A stretch of 64,000 nucleotides of DNA from Chloroflexota bacterium. GTDB lineage: Bacteria; Chloroflexota; Dehalococcoidia; Bin125. How positions within the stretch are numbered: the stretch's first letter is position 1; the number at the start of each line of letters is the position of its first letter. The notes under the pieces were generated by a model. The model was not told where the DNA came from. It saw only the letters and a program-made list of their open reading frames with translations, and made no database searches. The translations under genes were made by a program, and so were the position numbers. The DNA lies in the NCBI GenBank assembly GCA_003228175.2, contig QGNQ01000003.1:28360-92359 (forward strand), given 5' to 3'. Of the stretch, positions 48,931 through 59,871 are shown piece after piece.

Positions 48931-50661
48931 CTAGTACTTGCGCTCCTCGGGCGGGTAGGCCGCGCGGTGGCGCGGGCTCATGTTGACCTCGGAGTAGGTC
49001 AGACGCGGGCCATCAGCCTCGCGATAGGCGAGCGTGTGCTTGTACCAATTGTCGTCGTCCCGTGTGGCGAAGTCGCGCCGAGCGTGGCCACCGCGGCTCT
49101 CCTGGCGATTGAGGGCGCCGGAGACGATGACTTCAGAGAACTCCAGCATGTGCCCGACTTCAATGGCGTCCAGCAGGTCCGTATTGAAGGTGGTGGTGCG
49201 GTCGTCGATGCGGGCCTTGGCGAAGCGGGCCTGAAGATCCTTGACGGTGCTCAAACACTCCTGCAGCGCGCCCTGCTCCCGGAAGACGCCGCACTTTTCC
49301 ATCATCACGTCGCGCAGGTCGGAGCGAATGGCGCCGACGTTCTCGCTGCCTTCGCCCTGAAGGAAGCGATTGACTTCGTCGATCGCGGGCTGCATCTCGC
49401 CCTCGGTGATGCGCGTGGGATCCAGGTCCTTGACGTGCTCGCGGATGTTCTTGCCGGTGCGGCGGCCGAAGACCACGGCCTCCAGCAGCGAGTTGGTGCC
49501 CAGCCGGTTGGCCCCGTGCACGGAGACACAGGAGCACTCACCGGCGGCGTAGAAGCCGGTGATGGGGGTGTTGTCCTGGTCTTTGAGCCGCACCTGGCCG
49601 TCGATGTCGCAGGGGATCCCGCCCATCGAGTAGTGCGCTGTGGGCTGGATCGGGATCGGCTCGACGAGCGGGTCCAGCCCGGCGAAGTCGCGCGCCAGGT
49701 GCATGACGGAGGGCAGGGCGTAGCGGATGCGTTCCTCACCAATGGGGCGCAGGTCCATGAAGACGGAGTCCCCCTTGGCGGTGACGCCGCGTCCGTTGTC
49801 GACCTCGGTTTGCTCGGCCCGGGCGACGATATCGCGCGGGGCGAGCTCCATGGCCCCGGCGGCATAGTCCTCCATGAAGCGCTTGCCGTCGGCGTTGACG
49901 AGGTGGGCGCCCTCGCCGCGGGCGGCCTCGCTGAGCAGGATGCCGGAGCCCTGTAATCCCGTGGGATGGAACTGCACGAACTCCATGTCCTGCAAGGGGA
50001 TACCGGCGCGATAGGCCATGACGACGCCGTCGCCGGTGGAGGCGAAGGCGTTGGTCGTGATGCGGAAGGTGCGACCGTAGCCACCGGTGGCGAACATCAC
50101 GGCCTTGGCCTGCACGGCTTCGATCTGGCCGGTCAGGATGTCGTAGGCGATGAGCCCTTGGCAGGTGTTGTCGCGCACGATCAGATCCAGCGCATACCAC
50201 TCGCTGTAGACCTTGACGCCCTTCTTGAGCAACTGCTCAAAGAGGACCGTGAGCAGGGCATGACCGGTGCGGTCGGCGGCGTAGACGGCGCGGGGCTCAG
50301 AGTGTCCGCCGAAGCGGCGCTGGGCGATGCGCCCGTCCTCCATGCGCGAGAAGGCGCAGCCCATGTGCTCCAACTCGAAGATGTTCTCCGGCGCCTCGCG
50401 GCCCAGAATCTCCGCCGCGTCCTGGTCGACGAGGAAGTCGCCACCTTTGACGGTGTCGTACATGTGCAGTTCCCAGCCGTCCCCGTCGGAGGAGTTGCCG
50501 AGCGAGGCCGCGATTCCGCCCTGGGCGGCGCCGGAGTGGGATCGCAAAGGGTGGACCTTGGTCAGGATGGCGACATCGATGCTGGGGTCCTCAGCCACTT
50601 CCAGTGCGGCGCGCATACCCGCCAGGCCGGACCCCACTATCAAGACATCGTGTTCCAGCAC
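48931..50661 (-). CDS. sdhA: Succinate dehydrogenase/fumarate reductase flavoprotein
   Basis: GSGLAG, RSHSGAAQGG, QFHPTG, SEAARGEG, HYSMGG, HGANRLGTNSL, ESRGGH. Confidence 0.95.
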   Translation of the reverse strand: MLEHDVLIVGSGLAGMRAALEVAEDPSIDVAILTKVHPLRSHSGAAQGGIAASLGNSSDGDGWELHMYDTVKGGDFLVDQDAAEILGREAPENIFELEHMGCAFSRMEDGRIAQRRFGGHSEPRAVYAADRTGHALLTVLFEQLLKKGVKVYSEWYALDLIVRDNTCQGLIAYDILTGQIEAVQAKAVMFATGGYGRTFRITTNAFASTGDGVVMAYRAGIPLQDMEFVQFHPTGLQGSGILLSEAARGEGAHLVNADGKRFMEDYAAGAMELAPRDIVARAEQTEVDNGRGVTAKGDSVFMDLRPIGEERIRYALPSVMHLARDFAGLDPLVEPIPIQPTAHYSMGGIPCDIDGQVRLKDQDNTPITGFYAAGECSCVSVHGANRLGTNSLLEAVVFGRRTGKNIREHVKDLDPTRITEGEMQPAIDEVNRFLQGEGSENVGAIRSDLRDVMMEKCGVFREQGALQECLSTVKDLQARFAKARIDDRTTTFNTDLLDAIEVGHMLEFSEVIVSGALNRQESRGGHARRDFATRDDDNWYKHTLAYREADGPRLTYSEVNMSPRHRAAYPPEERKY

Positions 50662-50802
50662 TGGCGGCCTCCCTGAAATTCACGGGCCCTGATGAACCGG
50701 ACCCGGGCAAGCGCGCGCGGGGTGGGGCGGCATCCAGACGCCGCAGCATCACGCCGGGCCGCAAGTGGGCAGGCAGGATCGTACACCCGGGCTCTGGGCC
50801 GT

Positions 50803-51219
50803 TCAATTTCGCGAGACGCCGGCGGTCGGATCGGTGGTCGGTTCGTCCAGGAGGCGGAACCGCACGATCACGGCGTCTGGCCGGGCAGCCGCCGCGGCCA
50901 GGACGCTGCCCTCGAAAAGGTCGGGCAGGGAGGACTCGGCAGGCAGGATCTCGGCGTGCGCCGGATACTCGAGACCACGGAGCCGCACTCGGATGGGGGC
51001 GACGAGGCGGAGATTGCGCCACCAGAGGCGATCGCGACGCGAGAGAACGTAGAGATCGGGCTCGGCGGGGATGTACTGCACCGGCGTCGCTCGCCAGTGA
51101 CCGCTCCGACGACCCGTGGTCTCCACGATTATGACCGCGGGCAGGAGTCGCCAGAGCGGGGATCGCAGGAGCAGTCGGACCAGGGGGTTAAGGCCAAAGC
51201 GCGTGAATCGCCCGAGCAT
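50803..51219 (-). CDS. Deazaflavin (F420)-dependent nitroreductase-like split-barrel protein
   Basis: NPLVRLLLRSPL, TTGRRSG..R.TPV.Y, WWRNL. Confidence 0.7.
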   Translation of the reverse strand: MLGRFTRFGLNPLVRLLLRSPLWRLLPAVIIVETTGRRSGHWRATPVQYIPAEPDLYVLSRRDRLWWRNLRLVAPIRVRLRGLEYPAHAEILPAESSLPDLFEGSVLAAAAARPDAVIVRFRLLDEPTTDPTAGVSRN

Positions 51220-51274
51220 GCGCGAAGGCTAGAGCGCTGGAGGAGGGGCCGCATCAGGGCAACGCTGGAGGTCG

Positions 51275-51595
51275 CTACACGCTGGCGGGTCGACGTCTGG
51301 CGCGCTTCTGCTGCGCTTTGGCAAGGTCGTAGGATGTCTGCAGGTTCATCCAGGTTTTTGGCGACATCCCAAGCGCCCTCGAGAGATCGAGAGCAGTCTC
51401 TGCGCTGACACTTCTCCGCGCCTGACAGAGGTCATTGACCAGCCGGGCGGGCCGGTCCATGAGCTTCGCTAGCTTGGCTTGCGTCCAGCCGCGTGCCTCC
51501 AGCTCCTCACGGATATACGCGCCTGGGTGAATCGGCGTATCGGGTCCGTCGTATCGGTACGGTCCGGGCTTGGTCCTTTTCGAGCTAGTCGTCAT
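51275..51595 (-). CDS. higA: HigA-family antitoxin (HTH XRE)
   Basis: IHPGAYIREEL...TQ..LA, SAETAL.L..ALG....WMNLQ..YDL. Confidence 0.9.
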   Translation of the reverse strand: MTTSSKRTKPGPYRYDGPDTPIHPGAYIREELEARGWTQAKLAKLMDRPARLVNDLCQARRSVSAETALDLSRALGMSPKTWMNLQTSYDLAKAQQKRARRRPASV

Positions 51596-51880
51596 AGTGG
51601 TCGCTCACCTCCTCAATGGTCACAGCGGCGTCACCCTGAATCGACACGATGAGTCGCCATCGTTGACCCAGATCGATGGCATGCTCCGCCCTTCGGGCTC
51701 CCTTCAGCGGATGCGCTCGCCAGGACCGCCGTTCGAATGCTTCCGCCCAGTGATCCAGGCTCGCGAGAGGTTTACGGTTAGAACGTACTTGCGCCCAACA
51801 GCGGGTCCCCATCGCCGGATAGCGAGATTCTCGCTGTCGGCGGCGCTCTTGAGCGCGCGGGTTCGGAAGTAGATCTCGAT
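51585..51880 (-). pseudogene. higB: HigB/RelE-family toxin, inactivated (no canonical start, frameshift near 51768)
   Basis: One frame gives ATC-EIYFRTRALKSAADSENLAIRRWGPAVGRKYVLTVNL. Another continues LASLDHW...HPLKGARRAEHAIDLGQRWRLIV..EEVSDHYDD. Confidence 0.78.
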
Positions 51881-51918
51881 GCCGCGTGACCTGTCTCACG
51901 AGCCTGTTCAATGAGGGT

Positions 51919-51951
51919 ATGCTACGTCATCTGGTGACCATCTGACCAGAT
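51919..51951 (-). promoter_or_regulatory. Putative higBA promoter with inverted-repeat operator
   Basis: ATCTGGT-N9-ACCAGAT (51929-51951) adjacent to a minus-strand TAGCAT -10-like hexamer. Confidence 0.5.
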
Positions 51952-51963
51952 CCGAGGGTCGCT

Positions 51964-52590
51964 TCACTCCCCCGCGTAGAAGCGGACCACCTTCGCGCCC
52001 AGGGGACCCACCGCCCGCAGCGCGACGGCCTGCAGGCAGATGATCGTCTTGGCGTCCTCGATCTCGGCGGCGGCGACCATGTCCATGGCTTCGCCGAGGG
52101 TGTGGTACTCCACGATGATGCGCTCATCATCGTCCGCGGCGAGGCGGGAGGGTTCGCAGTCGCGGGCCAGGAAGCCGTACAGGTATTCGTTGGTCCAGCC
52201 GGGCGCGACGTAGAAGCGCGGCAAGGGCAGCAGGGAGCCGGGCCTCAGCCCTGCCTCCTCCTGTAGTTCGCGAGCCGCACTGAACTCCGGATCCTCGCCC
52301 TCTTCCATGACGCCGGCGGGCAGCTCCAGCAGCGGCCGCCCGACTGGGGAGCGCCACTGACGCACGAAGGCAATGCGGCCGCGATCGTCGAAGGCGACGA
52401 TGACGACCGCTGGCACATGCTCAACGACTTCACGGCTCGCTTCACTGCCGTCGGCGAGGCGCTGGGTATCGCGCCGCAGGTTGACGATGCGGCCTTCGTA
52501 AAGGCGCTCGCTGGCGATCGTTTCCTCCCGCAGTTCGGCGGGCACATCGGCGGGCACATCGGTGGGCTCAGGGGCTGGGTCGGGGCTCAC
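51964..52590 (-). CDS. NUDIX hydrolase (ADP-ribose pyrophosphatase-like)
   Basis: REVVEH, VRQWR, ELPAG...GE....A.RELQEEAG, DAKTII. Confidence 0.9.
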   Translation of the reverse strand: MSPDPAPEPTDVPADVPAELREETIASERLYEGRIVNLRRDTQRLADGSEASREVVEHVPAVVIVAFDDRGRIAFVRQWRSPVGRPLLELPAGVMEEGEDPEFSAARELQEEAGLRPGSLLPLPRFYVAPGWTNEYLYGFLARDCEPSRLAADDDERIIVEYHTLGEAMDMVAAAEIEDAKTIICLQAVALRAVGPLGAKVVRFYAGE

Positions 52591-53129
52591 GCGGAGGGCC
52601 CGTCGCGCAGGAGCCCGTCGCGCAGGCCCTTGTCACGCAGGTCAATGGAGACGGCGACTTCGTCGCAGTTGCTGTACTTGGGGCAGCGGAAGCACTCGTT
52701 CCAGACCTTGCGGGGGAAGGACGAGACGGCGGCCTGCTGGAAGCCGACGCGCTCGAAGAAGGCGGGCGTGGTGGTCAGCGCGAAGACGGTGCGCAGGCCC
52801 AGGCGCCCTGCCTCGTCCAGGAGCGCCTCCACGACGACGCGGCCCAGACCGCGCCCTTGTTGCTTGGGGTCGACGACGAGGGATTTCACCTCGGCCAGAT
52901 CCTTCCACTCGATGTGCAGGGCGCCCGCCGCGACGATCTGCTCACGCCCATCCTGCACGTCCCGCAGGACCATGAAGTCCCGCAGTGTGCCGTAGATCTC
53001 CCCCTCGCTGCGGGGCAGGACATCGCCGGTCTCATCGGCCCAGTACTGGATCAGGCGGTGGATGGCGGGGACGTCGGCGAGGTGGGCGTGATCGTTGATC
53101 AGGCCGGGGGATCGCTCAGTAGTGGTCAT
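52587..53129 (-). CDS. Short GNAT amino-acid N-acetyltransferase (ArgA-like)
   Basis: LPRS, LAEVKSL.V....QGRGLG, VFALT, KVWNECFRCPK..NCDE. Confidence 0.85.
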   Translation of the reverse strand: MTTTERSPGLINDHAHLADVPAIHRLIQYWADETGDVLPRSEGEIYGTLRDFMVLRDVQDGREQIVAAGALHIEWKDLAEVKSLVVDPKQQGRGLGRVVVEALLDEAGRLGLRTVFALTTTPAFFERVGFQQAAVSSFPRKVWNECFRCPKYSNCDEVAVSIDLRDKGLRDGLLRDGPSA

Positions 53130-53288
53130 GACGCTCTTGGTCCGATATGAGGAGCCCGACCGGCGGCGACACCCGATCCGATCGGGGCGCTGCGGGACGG
53201 GAACGCACCTTTATCGTAGCCCAGGGATCGGGCAAGGCGCTGTTGTGAGCGGGATCGCGATCGGCTCCCAGATCGGGCGATGATCGGC

Positions 53289-54215
53289 CTACGGAACCCG
53301 GTTGGGGATGTCCAGCGACGGCTCGGCGTCGCCAGGCTGGCCGGCGCTGGCGTGGAGCGCGGCGAGACGGCGTTCATCGAGCCAGGCGAGCCGACGGCCG
53401 AGCTGGGCGAAGAACGGCTGTTGGTCGAAACGGATCAGGCGCGCGACATGCTCGCTGCAACGCACCTCGACGCGGCTGTGCGCAACGGCGGGGAACTCGC
53501 CTTGCCCGTCGACGCTGAAGGCCACACCACCGCTCGCCGCCGGGCTGAGGGCGACGACGGAATCGTGCGGGAGGACGAGCGGCGCGGCCGCGGCGAGATG
53601 GGGGGCAACCGGGGTGACGACGATGCTACGCGCGACGGGGTCCAGGATGGGGCCGCCGGCGGAGAGCGAGTAGCCGGTGCTGCCGGTGGCGGTCGCCACG
53701 ACGACGGCGTCGGCCCGGATCACACCGATCAGGTCGCCATTGACCTCGACGTTGATATAGACGGGGCGGCCCAACGAGGTGCGCCCCAGGATGACGTCGT
53801 TGAGGGCGTGCCGCGGAGCGTTGGCCTCCGCGTCTTCGGCGTCGAAGAACCGCACATCGAGCATCGTGCGCTCTTCGACGCGGTAGCGACCGGCCAGCAC
53901 GTCGTCGAAGCGGTCGCTAAGGCCCTCGGGCGTGAGCTCCGTGAGGAAGGCCAGCCGCCCCATGTCGACGCCGAGGATGCGGGTGGGATTGGGCACGACG
54001 GCGCGCGCCGCGCGCAGGACCGTGCCATCGCCCCCCACGCAGACGAGCAGCTCGGTGCCTTGCAGGTCGCGCGTGGAGCGATCGGGGTCCCAGGCGGAGG
54101 AGACCCAGACGTTGGGAACATGCGCGCGGAATCGATCGTGCAGCTCGGCGGCGTACACGCGGGCAGCCTCGAGCTGGGGATGATGGTAGATGCCCACCTT
54201 GGTGAGATCGCTCAT
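53289..54215 (-). CDS. nadK: NAD(+) kinase
   Basis: GGDGTVL, GRLAFL, ALND, ATATGSTGYSLSAGGP, VDGQ. Confidence 0.92.
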   Translation of the reverse strand: MSDLTKVGIYHHPQLEAARVYAAELHDRFRAHVPNVWVSSAWDPDRSTRDLQGTELLVCVGGDGTVLRAARAVVPNPTRILGVDMGRLAFLTELTPEGLSDRFDDVLAGRYRVEERTMLDVRFFDAEDAEANAPRHALNDVILGRTSLGRPVYINVEVNGDLIGVIRADAVVVATATGSTGYSLSAGGPILDPVARSIVVTPVAPHLAAAAPLVLPHDSVVALSPAASGGVAFSVDGQGEFPAVAHSRVEVRCSEHVARLIRFDQQPFFAQLGRRLAWLDERRLAALHASAGQPGDAEPSLDIPNRVP

Positions 54216-54979
54216 TGGTCGAGTATGCCCGGGTTGGACGCTTGGGCGTTAGGGGCGCGCAGCCAAACGAGAAACTCGTGGTTGCCCGCCGGGCCGCGCA
54301 GCGGCGAGATGCGGACGCCGCCCAGCCGCCAGCGGCGCTGCCGGGCCCAGTGGAGCAGCAGCGCGACGGCGCTGGCGTGCCCCAGCGGATCCGTCACGAC
54401 GCCACGCGCATCGACCTGCGCACGAGGGAGCTCAAACTGCGGTTTGACGAGCACAATGGCGTCTGCGCCCGGCTCCGCACGAGCCGCGGCCGCTTCCAGG
54501 GCCACCCGCGCCGAGAGGAAGGAGACGTCAACCGTGATCAGCGAGGGCGCCGGATCGAGTGACGGCAAGTCCCGGACGTGCGTGCGCTCCATGACGATGA
54601 TGCGTGGATCGTCGCGCAGTTGGGAGGAGATCTGCCCGTAGCCCACGTCAACCGCGTAGACGCGTGCGGCCCCATGCTGGCGCAGGCAGTCGCTGAAGCC
54701 GCCGGTGCTGGCGCCGATGTCCAGGCAGACGCGGCCGGCGATCTCGATCGGCCAGGCGTCCAAGGCGGCGACCAGTTTCTCGCCGCCGCGCGAGACGTAG
54801 GCGGCGGCGGCGCGCACCTTGAGGGTGGTGTTGGGTGGAAGGCGCAGGCCGGGCTTGGTGTAGCGCCGTCCCTGGCCGCTGACGCGTCCGGCCATGATCA
54901 GCGCGCGCGCCTGTACGCGGTCGGCGGCGAGGCCGCGCGCGACAAGGAGGTGATCGAGCGGTTGCTGCCCCGTCGGCAC
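54212..54979 (-). CDS. tlyA: TlyA-family rRNA 2'-O-methyltransferase
   Basis: S4 domain, YVSRGGEKL, DIGASTGGF, VDVGYGQ, DVSF, LVKPQFE, GN.E. Confidence 0.93.
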   Translation of the reverse strand: MPTGQQPLDHLLVARGLAADRVQARALIMAGRVSGQGRRYTKPGLRLPPNTTLKVRAAAAYVSRGGEKLVAALDAWPIEIAGRVCLDIGASTGGFSDCLRQHGAARVYAVDVGYGQISSQLRDDPRIIVMERTHVRDLPSLDPAPSLITVDVSFLSARVALEAAAARAEPGADAIVLVKPQFELPRAQVDARGVVTDPLGHASAVALLLHWARQRRWRLGGVRISPLRGPAGNHEFLVWLRAPNAQASNPGILDQ

Positions 54980-55061
54980 CGACTCAGGCTAGCAGGGGAG
55001 CGGGGCGGTCCGTCTGCCTGGGACAGGCGCCGGATGGATGGGACGGTGGCGGCGGGTGCCG

Positions 55062-56435
<1,374 letters not shown>

Positions 56436-56480
56436 TACGCGCTCCTATGTGACCCCGACTGATCCGGTTGGCCCGATTCG

Positions 56481-57116
56481 CTAGGACGCTGCGGCGACGT
56501 CCGCGCTCTTTTCATCGACTGGTCCCTTGAGAACCTCGTCGATGATTCCGTATTCCTTGGCCTGCTCAGCATCCAGATAGAAGTCGCGGTCCGTGTCCCG
56601 CTTGATGACATCCAACGGCTGCCCCGTGTGCTTGGACAAGATGCCCCGGATGATCTCGTTTTCACGCAAGATTTCCCGAGCCGCAATTTCAATATCGGCA
56701 GCTTGGCCGCGGGCTCCACCCAGGGCCTGGTGCATGTGGATGGTGGAATTGGGCAACGCGTAGCGTTTGCCGGGAGTGCCGGCAGACAAAACGACTGTTC
56801 CGAAGGACGCGGCCATACCCACGCAAATGGTGGAAACATTGGCCGAAATGAGCCGCATGGTGTCGTAAATGGCCAGGCCCGCGGTGATCGATCCGCCGGG
56901 CGAGTGAACGTAAAGCTGGATGTCCCGCTCTGGATCTTCGCGATCCAAATAGAGCAGTTGGGCGACAATAACGTTGGCGACCTGGTCATCAATGCCCGTG
57001 CCGAGAAAGATGATGCGCTCGCGCAGGAGCAGCGAGTAGATGTCGTAGGCGCGCTCGCCGCGGTTCGTGCTCTCGACGACCATGGGGACGATCGCAGCGG
57101 GGTTGACCAGGGACAT
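56481..57116 (-). CDS. clpP: Clp protease proteolytic subunit
   Basis: [32 protein letters not shown]. Confidence 0.97.
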   Translation of the reverse strand: MSLVNPAAIVPMVVESTNRGERAYDIYSLLLRERIIFLGTGIDDQVANVIVAQLLYLDREDPERDIQLYVHSPGGSITAGLAIYDTMRLISANVSTICVGMAASFGTVVLSAGTPGKRYALPNSTIHMHQALGGARGQAADIEIAAREILRENEIIRGILSKHTGQPLDVIKRDTDRDFYLDAEQAKEYGIIDEVLKGPVDEKSADVAAAS

Positions 57117-57224
57117 CGGGCCTCCTTGCGTTGGGGGTTGCGAGATGTGACTGCCCGGCGGGCGGTCTGTATGTGCTTCCTGTCACGCGCCGGAGGTGAC
57201 TCTGCGGCGCGCCGTAGTTTCAGC

Positions 57225-58619
57225 TTACTCGGCGATCTCGCCGTCGGAATCCGTGCTTGCCTGATCTTCGGGTGCGTCGCCCTCTGTCGCAGACGCTCCC
57301 TCAGCGTCCTCCTCCGACGGACCACCCGATTCACCCGTGCCGCCGAGTTCGGCGGCCGCGTTGGCCGCCGCAATTTCGTTGAGCCGGTCCATGATGCGAG
57401 TGTTCAGCAGGTTGCGCTGCAGCATCGCGCGGCCATTCTCGTTGTCGAACATGGCACGCACTTGCTCGGCCTGGGGACCATCGCCACCCATGCGGGTGAG
57501 TTCTTCGGCGACTTCCTCGTCGGCGACTTCGATTGACTCCGCAGCCGCCAGTCGCTCCAGGACCAGGCTGCGGCGGACGCGCTCATTGGCCTCGCCGCTC
57601 ATGTTCTCCCGCAGCTGCTGCGCGCTGGGCCCTGCGGCCTCGAGTATCGCCGCCGGATCCTGGCCCGTTTGCCGCGCGAGCTCCTGCAACATGTGCTCCA
57701 CCTCATGCTGGGCCAGCATCGGCGGGAACTCGATCGTGGCGCCGGCCAGGACGGCGTCCATGAGGGCCGTGGAGTGGGATTCGCGATCGCGCTGCTCGGC
57801 GCCGTCACGAAGATCCTCGCGCAGGCGCTCACGCATCGCCTCGAAGGAGTCGAACTCGCCAACCTCGGCCGCGAGATCGTCGTCGGCGTCGGGTAGGATT
57901 TCCTTCTTGATCTCTTTAATCGTGATGTTGAATTCGACCGTCTTGCCGGCGACGTCTTCATCGTCCCAGTCATCTGGGGCATCGATGCTGAAGCTGTGGT
58001 CGCCGACTTCCAGGCCAACCAGGGCCTCGCCGACGCCGGGCACGCCGAGGATCATCTCCTCGCGGACGTGGAACTCGGCGTCCGTCTCGTCCAGGGCGGA
58101 CTTCCCGTCGATCACAGCCTTGATGTCCGCTTTGAGGCGGTCGTTCAGCTCGACGGGCCGCTCCACGGGCTCGAGCACGGCGTGCTGGCGCTGCACATTC
58201 AGGACGGCGGTGTCGACATCGTCGTCGGTAATCGCGACCGGCTCTGCAAGCATCGTGATTTCGCGATACGGGCCCAGGTCCACTTCCGGCTCCATGGGCA
58301 GCCGGGCGCGAAAGCGCACGGGGTCGCGCTCAACCGATTCCACGTCGGGCGGGCCAATGGGCGTCAGGCCCTCGTCCTTGATCGCCTGTTCGTAGGCCTG
58401 AGGAATCAGACGTTCGATCGCCTCTTCGAAGACCGCGTCCACGCCGAGCGCCTGCTCCACGACAACGCGCGGGGCTTTGCCCTTGCGAAATCCGGGGATG
58501 CGGTAGCGCTGAGCGAGCCGCTGGGCTGCCTGATTGAGCGATTTAGTGACGCGCTCGTCGTCGATTTCGACCTCAAGGACCAACTGGGCCTCGGGGATGC
58601 GTTCTGTCGTGACTTTCAT
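57225..58619 (-). CDS. tig: Trigger factor
   Basis: IPGFRKGKAP signature; tig-clpP-clpX gene order. Confidence 0.95.
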   Translation of the reverse strand: MKVTTERIPEAQLVLEVEIDDERVTKSLNQAAQRLAQRYRIPGFRKGKAPRVVVEQALGVDAVFEEAIERLIPQAYEQAIKDEGLTPIGPPDVESVERDPVRFRARLPMEPEVDLGPYREITMLAEPVAITDDDVDTAVLNVQRQHAVLEPVERPVELNDRLKADIKAVIDGKSALDETDAEFHVREEMILGVPGVGEALVGLEVGDHSFSIDAPDDWDDEDVAGKTVEFNITIKEIKKEILPDADDDLAAEVGEFDSFEAMRERLREDLRDGAEQRDRESHSTALMDAVLAGATIEFPPMLAQHEVEHMLQELARQTGQDPAAILEAAGPSAQQLRENMSGEANERVRRSLVLERLAAAESIEVADEEVAEELTRMGGDGPQAEQVRAMFDNENGRAMLQRNLLNTRIMDRLNEIAAANAAAELGGTGESGGPSEEDAEGASATEGDAPEDQASTDSDGEIAE

Positions 58620-58698
58620 TGAGTTTTTCGGGCTCCCGTACCGAGCAGTATATCAACGGCAGTGGCTGCGCCCAGCGGCCCCGCGCGTATCGCGAAGG

Positions 58699-59871
58699 TT
58701 AGCGGCCCCTAGGGTTGACGACGTCATTGACGGCATCGCCGAGCAAGTTGAAGGCAAAGGTCAGGATAGCGACGACGATCGCGGGCACCAACAACAGGTG
58801 CGGGTGCAGATCGAACGTGCGAATGCCAATAGCCTCACTGATCATTTGCCCAAAGGAGGCCGTGGGCGCTTGCACGCCAAGGCCCAGGAAGGTGAGCGCG
58901 ACTTCAGCGCCCACGACGCCCGCGAACGTGGACGACAAGCCAATGATGACCCACGGCAGGATGCCCGGGAACAGGTGCCGCGACAAGATCCGCGGCGTCC
59001 GGGCGCCGATCGACTCTGCGGCCAGGATGAAATCTGACTCTCGCAGGGAGAGCGTTTGGGCACGCACGAAGCGGGCGGTGTCGACCCAGCCGAAGAAGGT
59101 CAGGGCCAGGATCAACAGGGAGAGATGGTCGATGCCCTGATCAATGAAGAAGTCCCAGCGCAGGAAATCGTCGAAGTCGGTGAACCAGCCCGTCCATTGC
59201 TCGCGGAAGGCGGCGCTGACGACGATGAGCACCAGCAGGCCGGGAATCGCCAGGATGACGTCGCCCACGCGCATGATCACCTGATCGACCCAGCCACCGG
59301 CGTAGCCCGCGAGAAGCCCCAGCCCCAGGCCCAAGAAGAGGCTGCCCAACGCGAAGACGAGCACCGTCAGGACGATGGCGGCGCGCGCGGAGAAGAGGGT
59401 GCGGCTGAACATGTCGCGGCCGGTGCGGTCGGTGCCGAACCAGTGCGCCGTGGAGGGTCCCTCGAGAGCCGCGTCGGCGCGAAGCACGAGCTGGGTCCCC
59501 GGGACGAGGATGGTCGCGGCGGTCAAGGCTCCCTGGTTCTCCACGACCTCCGGATTGAGCTGGGCCACGGCGTTGAGGGAGACATCGTGGCGCTCGGTGA
59601 AGGTGCCCAGCGTCTCCGCCTCCCGCGTGGGACGCCGCAGAGTGAGGTTGGTTTCGTTGGGGTCCTGGAGGCCGGTGGGCACGCCGAAGGCGTCCAAGAA
59701 TGTGTAGGCGCCGGCTCCGTAAATGATCAAGATCGCCAACAACGAGATCGTCGCGATGCGCTTCTTGAGCAGGGCCCGAATGCCTCGCCGCCAGGGGGAC
59801 TCGGACCGCTCCAGGGCCAGGCCGCGATCCTCGCCGGGGGCTCGCGCGGCGGCGCGGCCTGGGAGGCTCAT
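58699..59871 (-). CDS. Peptide ABC transporter permease OppC/DppC with LysM-like insertion
   Basis: HWFGTDRTGRDMFSR, EAA-like FILAAESIGA, EVALTFLGLG, FNLLGD. Confidence 0.9.
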   Translation of the reverse strand: MSLPGRAAARAPGEDRGLALERSESPWRRGIRALLKKRIATISLLAILIIYGAGAYTFLDAFGVPTGLQDPNETNLTLRRPTREAETLGTFTERHDVSLNAVAQLNPEVVENQGALTAATILVPGTQLVLRADAALEGPSTAHWFGTDRTGRDMFSRTLFSARAAIVLTVLVFALGSLFLGLGLGLLAGYAGGWVDQVIMRVGDVILAIPGLLVLIVVSAAFREQWTGWFTDFDDFLRWDFFIDQGIDHLSLLILALTFFGWVDTARFVRAQTLSLRESDFILAAESIGARTPRILSRHLFPGILPWVIIGLSSTFAGVVGAEVALTFLGLGVQAPTASFGQMISEAIGIRTFDLHPHLLLVPAIVVAILTFAFNLLGDAVNDVVNPRGR

